NCBI GenBank assembly: GCA_964016885.1
Contig: OZ024743.1
Coordinates: 100,006,001 to 100,070,000 of the forward strand
From: Eledone cirrhosa
Taxonomy: Eukaryota
Reading direction: 5' to 3'
DNA: 64,000 bases
The translations under genes were made by a program, and so were the position numbers. Under the pieces are notes generated by a model that was not told the origin of the DNA, ran no database searches, and was given only the letters and a program-made list of their open reading frames with translations. This document shows, one piece after another, positions 36,501 through 51,900 of the stretch (positions within the stretch are counted from its first letter, which is position 1; the number at the start of each line of letters is the position of its first letter).

Positions 36501-39500
36501 ACAGGTAGACTGACAGGTAGACTGACAGGTAGATAGACAGGTAGACTGACAGATAGACTGACAGGTAGACTGACAGGTAGATAGACAGGTAGACTGACAG
36601 GTAGACTGTCAGGTAGACTGACAGGTAGACTGACAGGTAGACTGACAGGTAGATAGACAGGTAGACTGACAGATAGACTGACAGGTAGACTGACAGGTAG
36701 ATAGACAGTTAGACTGACAGATAGACTGACAGGTAGACTGACAGGTAGATGGACAGGTAGACTGACAGGTAGACTGACAGGTAGATAGACAGGTAGACTG
36801 ACAGGTAGACTGACAGGTAGACTGACAGGTAGACTGACAGGTAGATTGACAGGTAGACTGACAGATAGACTGACAGGTAGACTGACAGGTAGACTGACAG
36901 GTAGACTGACAGGTAGATAGACAGGTAGACTGACAGGTAGACTGACAGGTAGACTGACAGGTAGACTGACAGGTAGACTGACAGGTAGACTGACAGGTAG
37001 ACTGACAGGTAGACTGACAGATAGACTGACAGGTAGACTGACAGGTAGACTGACAGGTAGACTGACAGGTAGATAGACAGGTAGATAGACAGGTAGACTG
37101 ACAGGTAGACTGACAGGTAGACTGACAGGTAGACTGACAGGTAGACTGACAGGTAGACTGACAGATAGACTGACAGGTAGACTGACAGGTAGACTGACAG
37201 GTAGACTGACAGGTAGACTGACAGGTAGACTGACAGGTAGACTGACAGGTAGACTGACAGGTAGACTGACAGATAGACTGACAGGTAGACTGACAGGTAG
37301 ACTGACAGGTAGACTGACAGGTAGATAGACAGTTAGACTGACAGGTAGACTGACAGGTAGACTGACAGGTAGACTGACAGGTAGACTGACAGGTAGACTG
37401 ACAGGTAGACTGACAGGTAGACTGACAGGTAGACTGACAGGTAGACTGACAGGTAGACTGACAGGTAGACTGACAGATAGACTGACAGGTAGACTGACAG
37501 GTAGACTGACAGGTAGACTGACAGGTAGATAGACAGTTAGACTGACAGGTAGACTGACAGGTAGACTGACAGGTAGACTGACAGGTAGACTGACAGGTAG
37601 ACTGACAGGTAGACTGACAGGTAGACTGACAGGTAGACTGACAGGTAGACTGACAGGTAGACTGACAGGTAGACTGACAGGTAGATAGACAGTTAGACTG
37701 ACAGGTAGACTGACAGGTAGACTGACAGGTAGACTGACAGGTAGACTGACAGGTAGACTGACAGGTAGACTGACAGGTAGATAGACAGGTAGATAGACAG
37801 GTAGACTGACAGGTAGACTGACAGGTAGACTGACAGGTAGACTAACAGGTAGACTGACAGGTAGACTGACAGGTAGACTGACAGGTAGACTGACAGGTAG
37901 ACTGACAGGTAGACTGACAGATAGACTGACAGGTAGACTGACAGGTAGACTGACAGGTAGACTGACAGGTAGACTGACAGGTAGACTGACAGGTAGACTG
38001 ACAGGTAGACTGACAGGTAGATAGACAGTTAGACTGACAGGTAGACTGACAGGTAGACTGACAGGTAGACTGACAGGTAGACTGACAGGTAGACTGACAG
38101 GTAGACTGACAGGTAGACTGACAGGTAGACTGACAGGTAGATAGACAGGTAGACTGACAGGTAGACTGACAGGTAGATAGACAGTTAGACTGACAGATAG
38201 ACTGACAGGTAGACCGACAGGTAGATAGACAGGTAGACTGACAGGTAGACTGACAGGTAGATAGACAGTTAGACTGACAGATAGACTGACAGGTAGACTG
38301 ACAGGTAGATAGACAGATAGACTGACAGGTAGACTGACAGGTAGACTGACAGGTAGACTGACAGGTAGACTGACAGGTAGACTGACAGGTAGACTGACAG
38401 GTAGATAGACAGTTAGACTGACAGATAGACTGACAGGTAGACTGACAGGTAGATAGACAGGTAGACTGACAGGTAGACTGACAGGTAGATAGACAGGTAG
38501 ACTGACAGGTAGATAGACAGGTAGACTGACAGGTAGACTGACAGGTAGATAGACAGGTAGACTGACAGGTAGACTGACAGGTAGACTGACAGGTAGACTG
38601 ACAGGTAGACTGACAGGTAGACTGACAGGTAGATAGACAGGTAGACTGACAGATAGACTGACAGGTAGACTGACAGGTAGATAGACAGGTAGACTGACAG
38701 GTAGACTGTCAGGTAGACTGACAGGTAGACTGACAGGTAGACTGACAGGTAGATAGACAGGTAGACTGACAGATAGACTGACAGGTAGACTGACAGGTAG
38801 ATAGACAGTTAGACTGACAGATAGACTGACAGGTAGACTGACAGGTAGATAGACAGGTAGACTGACAGGTAGACTGACAGATAGACTGACAGGTAGACTG
38901 ACAGGTAGACTGACAGGTAGACTGACAGATAGACTGACAGGTAGACTGACAGGTAGACTGACAGGTAGACTGACAGGTAGACTGACAGGTAGACTGACAG
39001 GTAGATAGACAGATAGACTGACAGGTAGACTGACAGGTAGACTGACAGGTAGACTGACTGGTAGATAGACAGGTAGGCTGACAGGTAGATAGACAGTTAG
39101 ACTGACAGGTAGACTGACAGGTAGACTGACAGGTAGACTGACAGGTAGCCTGACAGGTAGACTGACAGGTAGATAGACAGTTAGACTGACAGGTAGACTG
39201 ACAGGTAGACTGACAGGTAGATTGACAGGTAGACTGACAGGTAGACTGACAGGTAGACTGACAGGTAGACTGACAGGTAGACTGACAGGTAGACTGACAG
39301 GTAGATAGACAGTTAGACTGACAGGTAGACTGACAGGTAGATAGACAGTTAGACTGACAGGTAGATAGACAGTTAGACTGACAGGTAGATAGACAGTTAG
39401 ACTGACAGGTAGACTGACAGGTAGACTGACAGGTAGACTGACAGGTAGACTGACAGGTAGACTGACAGGTAGACTGACAGATAGACTGACAGGTAGACTG

Positions 39501-42500
39501 ACAGGTAGTCTGACAGCTAGACTGACAGGTAGATAGACAGTTAGACTGACAGGTAGACTGACAGGTAGACTGACAGGTAGATAGACAGTTAGACTGACAG
39601 GTAGACTGACAGGTAGACTGACAGGTAGATAGACAGGTAGACTGACAGTTAGACTGACAGGTAGACTGAGAGGTAGATAGACAGTTAGACTGACAGGTAG
39701 ACTGACAGGTAGACTGACAGGTAGATAGACAGGTAGACTGACAGGTAGATAGACAGGTAGACTGACAGGTAGACTGACAGGTAGACTGACAGTTAGACTG
39801 ACAGGTAGACTGACAGGTAGATAGACAGTTAGACTGACAGGTAGACTGACAGGTAGACTGACAGGTAGACTGACAGGTAGACTGACAGGTAGACTGACAG
39901 GTAGACTGACAGGTAGACTGACAGGTACACTGACAGGTAGACTGACAGGTAGACTGACAGGTAGATAGACAGTTAGACTGACAGGTAGACTGACAGGTAG
40001 ACTGACAGGTAGATAGACAGTTAGACTGACAGGTAGACTGACAGGTAGACTGACAGGTAGATAGACAGTTAGACTGACAGGTAGACTGACAGGTAGACTG
40101 ACTGGTAGACTGCCAGGTAGACTGACAGGTAGACTGACAGGTAGACTGACAGGTAGACTGACAGGTAGACTGACAGGTAGACTGACAGGTAGACTGACAG
40201 GTAGACTGACAGGTAGACTGACACAGATAGACTGACAGGTAGACTGACAGGTAGACTGACAGGTAGACTGACAGGTAGACTGACAGGTAGACTGACAGGT
40301 AGACTGACAGGTAGACTGACAGATAGACTGACAGGTAGACTGACAGGTAGACTGACAGGTAGACTGACAGGTAGATAGACAGTTAGACTGACAGGTAGAC
40401 TGACAGGTAGACTGACAGGTAGACTGACAGGTAGACTGACAGGTAGACTGACAGGTAGACTGACAGGTAGACTGACAGGTAGACTGACAGGTAGACTGAC
40501 AGGTAGACTGACAGGTAGACTGACAGGTAGATAGACAGTTAGACTGACAGGTAGACTGACAGGTAGACTGACAGGTAGACTGACAGGTAGACTGACAGGT
40601 AGACTGACAGGTAGACTGACAGGTAGACTGACAGGTAGATAGACAGTTAGACTGACAGGTAGACTGACAGGTAGACTGACAGGTAGACTGACAGGTAGAC
40701 TGACAGGTAGACTGACAGGTAGACTGACAGGTAGATAGACAGGTAGATAGACAGGTAGACTGACAGGTAGACTGACAGGTAGACTGACAGGTAGACTAAC
40801 AGGTAGACTGACAGGTAGACTGACAGGTAGACTGACAGGTAGACTGACAGGTAGACTGACAGGTAGACTGACAGGTAGACTGACAGGTAGACTGACAGGT
40901 AGACTGACAGGTAGACTGACAGGTAGACTGACAGGTAGACTGACAGGTAGACTGACAGGTAGACTGACAGGTAGATAGACAGTTAGACTGACAGGTAGAC
41001 TGACAGGTAGACTGACAGGTAGACTGACAGGTAGACTGACAGGTAGACTGACAGGTAGACTGACAGGTAGACTGACAGGTAGACTGACAGGTAGACTGAC
41101 AGGTAGATAGACAGGTAGACTGACAGGTAGACTGACAGGTAGATAGACAGTTAGACTGACAGATAGACTGACAGGTAGACCGACAGGTAGATAGACAGGT
41201 AGACTTACAGGTAGACTGACAGGTAGATAGACAGTTAGACTGACAGATAGACTGACAGGTAGACTGACAGGTAGATAGACAGATAGACTGACAGGTAGAC
41301 TGACAGGTAGACTGACAGGTAGACTGACAGGTAGACTGACAGGTAGACTGACAGGTAGATAGACAGTTAGACTGACAGATAGACTGACAGGTAGACTGAC
41401 AGGTAGATAGACAGGTAGACTGACAGGTAGACTGACAGGTAGATAGACAGGTAGACTGACAGGTAGATAGACAGGTAGACTGACAGGTAGACTGACAGGT
41501 AGATAGACAGGTAGACTGACAGGTAGACTGACAGGTAGACTGACAGGTAGACTGACAGGTAGACTGACAGGTAGACTGACAGGTAGATAGACAGGTAGAC
41601 TGACAGATAGACTGACAGGTAGACTGACAGGTAGATAGACAGGTAGACTGACAGGTAGACTGTCAGGTAGACTGAGAGGTAGACTGACAGGTAGACTGAT
41701 AGGTAGATAGACAGGTAGACTGACAGATAGACTGACAGGTAGACTGACAGGTAGATAGACAGTTAGACTGACAGATAGACTGACAGGTAGACTGACAGGT
41801 AGATAGTCAGGTAGACTGACAGGTAGACTGACAGGTAGATAGACAGGTAGACTGACAGGTAGACTGACAGGTAGACTGACAGGTAGACTGACAGGTAGAC
41901 TGACAGGTAGACTGACAGATAGACTGACAGGTAGACTGACAGGTAGACTGACAGGTAGACTGACAGGTAGATAGACAGGTAGACTGACAGGTAGACTGAC
42001 AGGTAGACTGACAGGTAGACTGACAGGTAGACTGACAGGTAGACTGACAGGTAGACTGACAGGTAGACTGACAGGTAGATAGACAGGTAGATAGACAGGT
42101 AGACTGACAGGTAGACTGACAGGTAGATAGACAGGTAGACTGACAGGTAGACTGACAGGTAGACTGACAGATAGACTGACAGGTAGACTGACAGGTAGAC
42201 TGACAGGTAGACTGACAGGTAGATAGACAGGTAGATAGACAGGTAGACTGACAGGTAGACTGACAGGTAGACTGACAGGTAGACTGACAGGTAGACTGAC
42301 AGATAGACTGACAGGTAGACTGACAGGTAGACTGACAGGTAGACTGACAGGTAGACTGACAGGTAGACTGACAGGTAGACTGACAGGTAGACTGACAGGT
42401 AGACTGACAGGTAGACTGACAGGTAGATAGACAGTTAGACTGACAGGTAGACTGACAGGTAGACTGACAGGTAGACTGACAGGTAGACTGACAGGTAGAC

Positions 42501-45500
42501 TGACAGGTAGACTGACAGGTAGACTGACAGGTAGACTGACAGGTAGACTGACAGGTAGACTGACAGGTAGACTGACAGGTAGACTGACAGGTAGACTGAC
42601 AGGTAGATAGACAGTTAGACTGACAGGTAGACTGACAGGTAGACTGACAGGTAGACTGACAGGTAGACTGACAGGTAGACTGACAGGTAGACTGACAGGT
42701 AGACTGACAGGTAGACTGACAGGTAGACTGACAGGTAGACTGACAGGTAGACTGACAGATAGACTGACAGGTAGACTGACAGGTAGACTGACAGGTAGAC
42801 TGACAGGTAGATAGACAGGTAGATAGACAGGTAGACTGACAGGTAGACTGACAGGTAGACTGACAGGTAGACTGACAGGTAGACTGACAGGTAGACTGAC
42901 AGATAGACTGACAGGTAGACTGACAGGTAGACTGACAGGTAGACTGACAGGTAGACTGACAGGTAGACTGACAGGTAGACTGACAGGTAGATAGACAGTT
43001 AGACTGACAGGTAGACTGACAGGTAGACTGACAGGTAGACTGACAGGTAGACTGACAGGTAGACTGACAGGTAGACTGACAGGTAGACTGACAGGTAGAC
43101 TGACAGGTAGACTGACAGGTAGACTGACAGGTAGACTGACAGGTAGATAGACAGTTAGACTGACAGGTAGACTGACAGGTAGACTGACAGGTAGACTGAC
43201 AGGTAGACTGACAGGTAGACTGACAGGTAGACTGACAGGTAGACTGACAGGTAGACTGACAGGTAGACTGACAGGTAGACTGACAGGTAGACTGACAGAT
43301 AGACTGACAGGTAGACTGACAGGTAGACTGACAGGTAGACTGACAGGTAGATAGACAGGTAGATAGACAGGTAGACTGACAGGTAGACTGACAGGTAGAC
43401 TGACAGGTAGACTGACAGGTAGACTGACAGGTAGACTGACAGATAGACTGACAGGTAGACTGACAGGTAGACTGACAGGTAGACTGACAGGTAGACTGAC
43501 AGGTAGACTGACAGGTAGACTGACAGGTAGACTGACAGATAGACTGACAGGTAGACTGACAGGTAGACTGACAGGTAGACTGACAGGTAGATAGACAGTT
43601 AGACTGACAGGTAGACTGACAGGTAGACTGACAGGTAGACTGACAGGTAGACTGACAGGTAGACTGACAGGTAGACTGACAGATAGACTGACAGGTAGAC
43701 TGACAGGTAGACTGACAGGTAGACTGACAGGTAGACTGACAGGTAGACTGACAGGTAGACTGACAGGTAGACTGACAGGTAGACTGACAGGTAGACTGAC
43801 AGGTAGACTGACAGGTAGACTGACAGGTAGACTGACAGGTAGACTGACAGGTAGATAGACAGTTAGACTGACAGGTAGACTGACAGGTAGACAGACAGGT
43901 AGACTGACAGGTAGACTGACAGGTAGACTGACAGGTAGACTGACAGGTAGACTGACAGGTAGACTGACAGGTAGACTGACAGGTAGACTGACAGGTAGAT
44001 AGACAGTTAGACTGACAGGTAGACTGACAGGTAGACTGACAGGTAGACTGACAGGTAGACTGACAGGTAGACTGACAGGTAGATAGACAGTTAGACTGAC
44101 AGGTAGACTGACAGGTAGACTGACAGGTAGACTGACAGGTAGACTGACAGGTAGACTGACAGGTAGACTGACAGGTAGACTGACAGGTAGATAGACAGGT
44201 AGACTGACAGGTAGACTGACAGGTAGACTGACAGGTAGACTGACAGGTAGACTGACAGGTAGACTGACAGGTAGATAGACAGTTAGACTGACAGGTAGAC
44301 TGACAGGTAGACTGACAGGTAGACTGACAGGTAGACTGACAGGTAGATAGACAGGTAGACTGACAGGTAGACTGACAGGTAGACTGACAGGTAGACTGAC
44401 AGGTAGACTGACAGGTAGACTGACAGGTAGACTGACTGGTAGACTGACAGGTAGATAGACAGTTAGACTGACAGGTAGACTGACAGGTAGACTGACAGGT
44501 AGATAGACAGGTAGACTGACAGGTAGACTGACAGGTAGACTGACAGATAGACTGACAGGTAGATAGACAGGTAGACTGACAGGTAGACTGACAGGTAGAC
44601 TGACAGGTAGATAGACAGGTAGACTGACAGATAGACTGACAGGTAGACTGACAGGTAGACTGACAGGTAGACTGACAGGTAGACTGACAGGTAGATAGAC
44701 AGGTAGACTGACAGGTAGACTGACAGGTAGACTGACAGGTAGACTGACAGGTAGACTGACAGGTAGACTGACAGGTAGACTGACAGGTAGATAGACAGGT
44801 AGACTGACAGGTAGACTGACAGGTAGACTGACAGGTAGACTGACAGGTAGACTGACAGGTAGACTGACAGGTAGACTGACAGGTAGACTGACAGGTAGAC
44901 TGACAGGTAGATAGACAGGTAGACTGACAGGTAGACTGACAGGTAGACTGACAGGTAGACTGACAGGTAGACTGACAGGTAGACTGACAGGTAGACTGAC
45001 AGGTAGATAGACAGGTAGACTGACAGGTAGACTGACAGGTAGACTGACAGGTAGACTGACAGGTAGACTGACAGGTAGATAGACAGTTAGACTGACAGGT
45101 AGACTGACAGGTAGACTGACAGGTAGATAGACAGGTAGACTGACAGGTAGACTGACAGGTAGACTGACAGGTAGACTGACAGGTAGACTGACAGGTAGAC
45201 TGACAGGTAGACTGACAGGTAGACTAGACAGTTAGACTGACAGATAGACTGACAGGTAGACTGACAGGTAGATAGACAGGTAGACTGACAGGTAGACTGA
45301 CAGGTAGATAGACAGGTAGACTGACAGGTAGACTGACAGGTAGACTGACAGGTAGACTGACAGGTAGACTGACAGGTAGACTGACAGGTAGACTGACAGG
45401 TAGACTGACAGGTAGACTGACAGGTAGACTGACAGGTAGACTGACAGGTAGACTGACAGGTAGACTGACAGGTAGACTGACAGGTAGACTGACAGGTAGA

Positions 45501-45794
45501 CTGACAGGTAGACTGACAGGTAGACTGACAGGTAGGACTGACAGGTAGACTGACAGGTAGACTGACAGGTAGACTGACAGGTAGACTGACTGGTAGACTG
45601 ACAGGTAGACTGACAGGTAGACTGACAGGTAGACTGACAGGTAGACTGACAGGTAGACTGACAGGTAGACTGACAGGTAGACTGACAGGTAGACTGACAG
45701 GTAGACTAGACAGGTAGACTGACAGGTAGACTGACAGGTAGACTGACAGGTAGACTGACAGGTAGACTGACAGGTAGACTGACAGGTAGACTGA
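33554..45794 (+). repeat. 12-bp satellite (GACTGACAGGTA)n, about 1000 units
   Basis: Visible directly. Variants swap 4-mers (ATAG, TTAG). Confidence 0.99.
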
Positions 45795-45994
45795 NNNNNN
45801 NNNNNNNNNNNNNNNNNNNNNNNNNNNNNNNNNNNNNNNNNNNNNNNNNNNNNNNNNNNNNNNNNNNNNNNNNNNNNNNNNNNNNNNNNNNNNNNNNNNN
45901 NNNNNNNNNNNNNNNNNNNNNNNNNNNNNNNNNNNNNNNNNNNNNNNNNNNNNNNNNNNNNNNNNNNNNNNNNNNNNNNNNNNNNNNNNNNNNN
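45795..45994. other. assembly gap (200 N)
   Basis: Run of N of round length, consistent with a scaffolding placeholder. Confidence 0.99.
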
Positions 45995-48900
45995 CTGTCA
46001 GTCTACCTGTCAGTCTACCTGTCAGTCTAACTGTCTATCTACCTGTCAGTCTACCTGTCAGTCTACCTGTCTATCTACCTGTCAGTCTACCTGTCTATCT
46101 ACCTGTCAGTCTACCTGTCAGTCTAACTGTCTATCTACCTGTCAGTCTACCTGTCAGTCTACCTGTCAGTCTACCTGTCAGTCTACCTGTCAGTCTACCT
46201 GTCTATCTACCTGTCAGTCTACCTGTCTATCTACCTGTCAGTCTACCTGTCTATCTACATGTCAGTCTACCTGTCTATCTACCTGTCAGTCTACCTGTCA
46301 GTCTAACTGTCTATCTACCTGTCAGTCTACCTGTCAGTCTACCTGTCAGTCTAACTGTCTATCTACCTGTCAGTCTCCCTGTCAGTCTATCTGTCAGTCT
46401 AACTGTCTATCTACCTGTCAGTCTACCTGTCAGTCTACCTGTCAGTCTACCTGTCAGTCTATCTGTCAGTCTACCTGTCAGTCTAACTGTCAGTCTACCT
46501 GTCAGTCTACCTGTCAGTCTACCTGTCAGTCTACCTGTCAGTCTACCTGTCAGTCTACCTGTCAGTCTACACACACTTACTGTCGAGGCTGCAATAACTG
46601 TATATATTAATACATACTACTAAGTATATACACACAGAAAGCTACATCTTTATATAAATATTCTTCACTGTTTATATAATTAACTTCCTCCTATGAACTG
46701 TCTAGATACATTTAGAGATAAAAAGGTATGATGTGTATATAGAATGTTTCTATACCTGTCAGTCTATCTGTCAGTCTAACTGTCTATCTACCTGTCAGTC
46801 TACCTGTCAGTCTACCTGTCAATCTACCTGTCAGTCTACCTGTCAGTCTACCTGTCAGTCTACCTGTCAGTCTACCTGTCAGTCTACCTGTCAGTCTACC
46901 TGTCTATCTACCTGTCAGTCTACCTGTCAGTCTACCTGTCAGTCTACCTGTCAGTCTATCTGTCAGTCTAACTGTCTATCTACCTGTCAGTCTACCTGTC
47001 AGTCTACCTGTCAGTCTACCTGTCTATCTACCTGTCAGTCTACCTGTCAGTCTACCTGTCAGTCTACCTGTCAGTCTACCTGTCTATCTACCTGTCAGTC
47101 TACCTGTCAGTCTACCTGTCAGTCTACCTGTCAGTCTATCTGTCAGTCTACCTGTCAGTCTACCTGTCAGTCTACCTGTTAGTCTACCTGTCAGTCTACC
47201 TGTCAGTCTACTGTCAGTCTACCTGTCAGTCTACCTGTCAGTCTACCTGTCTATCTACCTGTCAGTCTACCTGTCAGTCTACCTGTCAGTCTACCTGTCA
47301 GTCTATCTGTCAGTCTACCTGTCAGTCTACCTGTCAGTCTACCTGTCAGTCTACCTGTCAGTCTACCTGTCAGTCTACCTGTCTATCTACCTGTCAGTCT
47401 ACCTGTCAGTCTACCTGTCTATCTACCTGTCAGTCTACCTGTCAGTCTATCTGTCAGTCTAACTGTCTATCTACCTGTCAGTCTACCTGTCAGTCTATCT
47501 GTCAGTCTACCTGTCTATCTACCTGTCAGTCTACCTGTCAGTCTACCTGTCAGTCTACCTGACAGTCTACCTGTCAGTCTACCTGTCAGTCTACCTGTCA
47601 GTCTACCTGTCAGTCTACCTGTCAGTCTACCTGTCAGTCTACCTGTCAGTCTACCTGTCAGTCTATCTGTCTATCTACCTGTCAGTCTACCTGTCAGTCT
47701 ATCTGTCAGTCTAACTGTCTATCTACCTGTCAGTCTACCTGTCAGTCTACCTGTCTATCTACCTGTCAGTCTACCTGTCAGTCTACCTGTCAGTCTACCT
47801 GTCAGTCTACCTGTCAGTCTACCTGTCAGTCTACCTGTCAGTCTACCTGTCTATCTACCTGTCAGTCTACCTGTCAGTCTACCTGTCAGTCTACCTGTCA
47901 GTCTACCTGTCAGTCTACCTGTCTATCTACCTGTCAGTCTACCTGTCAGTCTACCTGTCAGTCTACCTGTCAGTCTATCTGTCAGTCTACCTGTCAGTCT
48001 ACCTGTCAGTCTACCTGTCAGTCTACCTGTCAGTCTACCTGTCTATCTACCTGTCAGTCTACCTGTCAGTCTACCTGTCTATCTACCTGTCAGTCTACCT
48101 GTCAGTCTACCTGTCTATCTACCTGTCAGTCTACCTGTCAGTCTATCTGTCAGTCTAACTGTCTATCTACCTGTCAGTCTACCTGTCAGTCTACCTGTCA
48201 GTCTACCTGTCAGTCTACCTGTCAGTCTACCTGTCAGTCTACCTGTCAGTCTACCTGTCTATCTACCTGTCAGTCTACCTGTCAGTCTACCTGTCAGTCT
48301 AACTGTCTATCTACCTGTCAGTCTACCTGTCAGTCTACCTGTCAGTCTACCTGTCAGTCTACCTGTCAGTCTACCTGTCAGTCTACCTGTCTATCTACCT
48401 GGTCAGTCTACCTGTCAGTCTACCTGTCAGTCTACCTGTCAGTCTATCCTGTAAGTCTACCTGTCAGTCTACCTGTCAGTCTACCTGTCTATCTACCTGT
48501 CAGTCTACCTGTCAGTCTACCTGTCAGTCTACCTGTCAGTCTACCTGTCTATCTACCTGTCAGTCTACCTGTCAGTCTACCTGTCAGTCTACCTGTCAGT
48601 CTACCTGTCAGTCTACCTGTCAGTCTACCTGTCAGTCTACCTGTCAGTCTACCTGTCAGTCTACCTGTCAGTCTACCTGTCAGTCTACTGTCAGTCTATC
48701 TGTCAGTCTAACTGTCTATCTACCTGTCAGTCTATCTGTCAGTCTACCTGTCAGTCTACCTGTCAGTCTACCTGTCAGTCTACCTGTCAGTCTACCTGTC
48801 TATCTACCTGTCAGTCTACCTGTCAGTCTACCTGTCAGTCTACCTGTCAGTCTACCTGTCAGTCTACTGTCAGTCTATCTGTCAGTCTACCTGTCTATCT

Positions 48901-51900
48901 ACCTGTCAGTCTACCTGTCAGTCTACCTGTCAGTCTACCTGTCTATCTACCTGTCAGTCTATCTGTCAGTCTACCTGTCAGTCTACCTGTCAGTCTACCT
49001 GTCTATCTACCTGTCAGTCTACCTGTCAGTCTACCTGTCAGTCTACCTATCTATCTACCTGTCAGTCTACTCTGTCAGTCTACCTGTCAGTCTACCTGTC
49101 TATCTACCTGTCAGTCTACCTGTCAGTCTATCTGTCAGTCTACCTGTCAGTCTACCTGTCAGTCTACCTGTCAGTCAACCTGTCAGTCTACCTGTCAGTC
49201 TACCTGTCAGTCTACCTGTCAGTCTACCTGTCAGTCTACCTGTCAGTCTACCTGTCAGTCTAACTGTCTATCTACCTGTCAGTCTACCTGTCAGTCTACC
49301 TGTCAGTCTACCTGTCAGTCTACCTGTCAGTCTACCTGTCAGTCTACCTGTCAGTCTACCTGTCTATCTACCTGTCAGTCTACCTGTCAGTCTACCTGTC
49401 AGTCTACCTATCTATCTACCTGTCAGTCTATCTGTCAGTCTACCTGTCAGTCTACCTGTCTATCTACCTGTCAGTCTACCTGTCAGTCTATCTGTCAGTC
49501 TACCTGTCAGTCTACCTGTCAGTCTACCTGTCAGTCTACCTGTCAGTCTACCTGTCAGTCTACCTGTCAGTCTACCTGTCAGTCTACCTGTCAGTCTACC
49601 TGTCAGTCTACCTGTCAGTCTACCTGTCAGTCTACCTGTCAGTCTAACTGTCTATCTACCTGTCAGTCTACCTGTCAGTCTACCTGTCAGTCTACCTGTC
49701 AGTCTACCTGTCAGTCTACCTGTCAGTCTACCTGTCAGTCTACCTGTCAGTCTACCTGTCAGTCTACCTGTCAGTCTACCTGTCAGTCTAACTGTCTATC
49801 TACCTGTCAGTCTACCTGTCAGTCTAACCGTCAGTCTACCTGTCAGTCTACCTGTCAGTCTATCTGTCAGTCTACCTGTCAGTCTACCTGTCAGTCTACC
49901 TGTCAGTCTACCTGTCAGTCTACCTGTCAGTCTACCTGTCAGTCTACCTGTCAGTCTACCTGTCAGTCTACCTGTCTATCTACCTGTCTATCTACCTGTC
50001 AGTCTACCTGTCGTCTACCTGTCAGTCTACCTGTCAGTCTACCTGTCAGTCTACCTGTCAGTCTACCTGTCAGTCTAACTGTCTATCTACCTGTCAGTCT
50101 ACCAGTCAGTCTACCTGTCAGTCTACCTGTCAGTCTACCTGTCAGTCTACCTGTCTATCTACCTGTCAGTCTACCTGTCTATCTACCTGTCAGTCTACCT
50201 GTCTATCTACCTGTCAGTCTACCTGTCTAGTCTACCTGTCAGTCTAACTGTCTATCTACCTGTCAGTCTACCTGTCAGTCTAACTGTCTATCTACCTGTC
50301 AGTCTACCTGTCAGTCTACCTGTCAGTCTAACTGTCTATCTACCTGTCAGTCTACCTGTCAGTCTAACTGTCAGTCTACCTGTCAGTCTACCTGTCAGTC
50401 TACCTGTCAGTCTACCTGTCAGTCTACCTGTCAGTCTATCTGTCAGTCTACCTGTCTATCTACCTGTCAGTCTACCTGTCAGTCTAACTGTCAGTCTACC
50501 TGTCAGTCTACCTGTCAGTCTATCTGTCAGTCTACCTGTCAGTCTACCTGTCAGTCTACCTGTCAGTCTACCTGTCAGTCTACCTGTCAGTCTATCTGTC
50601 AGTCTACCTGTCAGTCTACCTGTCAGTCTACCTGTCTATCTACCTGTCAGTCTACCTGTCAGTCTATCTGTCAGTCTAACTGTCTATCTACCTGTCAGTC
50701 TACCTGTCAGTCTACCTGTCAGTCTACCTGTCAGTCTACCTGTCAGTCTACCTGTCAGTCTACCTGTCAGTCTACCTGTCAGTCTACCTGTCAGTCTACC
50801 TGTCTATCTACCTGTCAGTCTACCTGTCAGTCTACCTGTCAGTCTACCTGTCAGTCTATCTGTCAGTCTAACTGTCTATCTACCTGTCAGTCTACCTGTC
50901 AGTCTACCTGTCAGTCTACCTGTCTATCTACCTGTCAGTCTACCTGTCAGTCTACCTGTCAGTCTACCTGTCAGTCTACCTGTCAGTCTAGCTGTCAGTC
51001 TATCTGTCTATCTACCTGTCAGTCTACCTGTCAGTCTATCTGTCAGTCTAACTGTCTATCTACCTGTCAGTCTACCTGTCAGTCTACCTGTCTATCTACC
51101 TGTCGGTCTACCTGTCAGTCTATCTGTCAGTCTAACTGTCTATCAATCTGTCAGTCTACCTGTCAGTCTACCTGTCTGTCTACCTGTCAGTCTACCTGTC
51201 AGTCTACCTGTCAGTCTACCTGTCAGTCTACCTGTCAGTCTACCTGTCAGTCTACCTGTCTATCTACCTGTCAGTCTACCTGTCAGTCTACCTGTCAGTC
51301 TACCTGTCAGTCTATCTGTCAGTCTACCTGTCAGTCTACCTGTCAGTCTACCTGTCAGTCTACCTGTCAGTCTACCTGTCTATCTACCTGTCAGTCTACC
51401 TGTCAGTCTACCTGTCTATCTACCTGTCAGTCTACCTGTCAGTCTACCTGTCTAGTCTACCTGTCAGTCTACCTGTCAGTCTACCTGTCTATCTACCTGT
51501 CAGTCTACCTGTCAGTCTATCTGTCAGTCTAACTGTCTATCTACCTGTCAGTCTACCTGTCAGTCTACCTGTCAGTCTACCTGTCAGTCTACCTGTCAGT
51601 CTACCTGTCAGTCTACCTGTCTATCTACCTGTCAGTCTACCTGTCAGTCTACCTGTCAGTCTAACTGTCTATCTACCTGTCAGTCTACCTGTCAGTCTAC
51701 CTGTCAGTCTACCTGTCAGTCTACCTGTCAGTCTACCTGTCAGTCTACCTGTCTATCTACCTGTCAGTCTACCTGTCAGTCTACCTGTCAGTCTACCTGT
51801 CAGTCTACCTGTAAGTCTACCTGTCAGTCTACCTGTCAGTCTACCTGTCTATCTACCTGTCAGTCTACCTGTCAGTCTACCTGTCAGTCTACCTGTCAGT

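Noticed and set aside
46733-47182. 149-aa Cys-rich (CQST)n ORF and its mirror at 63101-63550
   Set aside because: Translation of the satellite's stop-poor strand from a chance GTG start. Metallothionein- or keratin-like appearance is an artefact.
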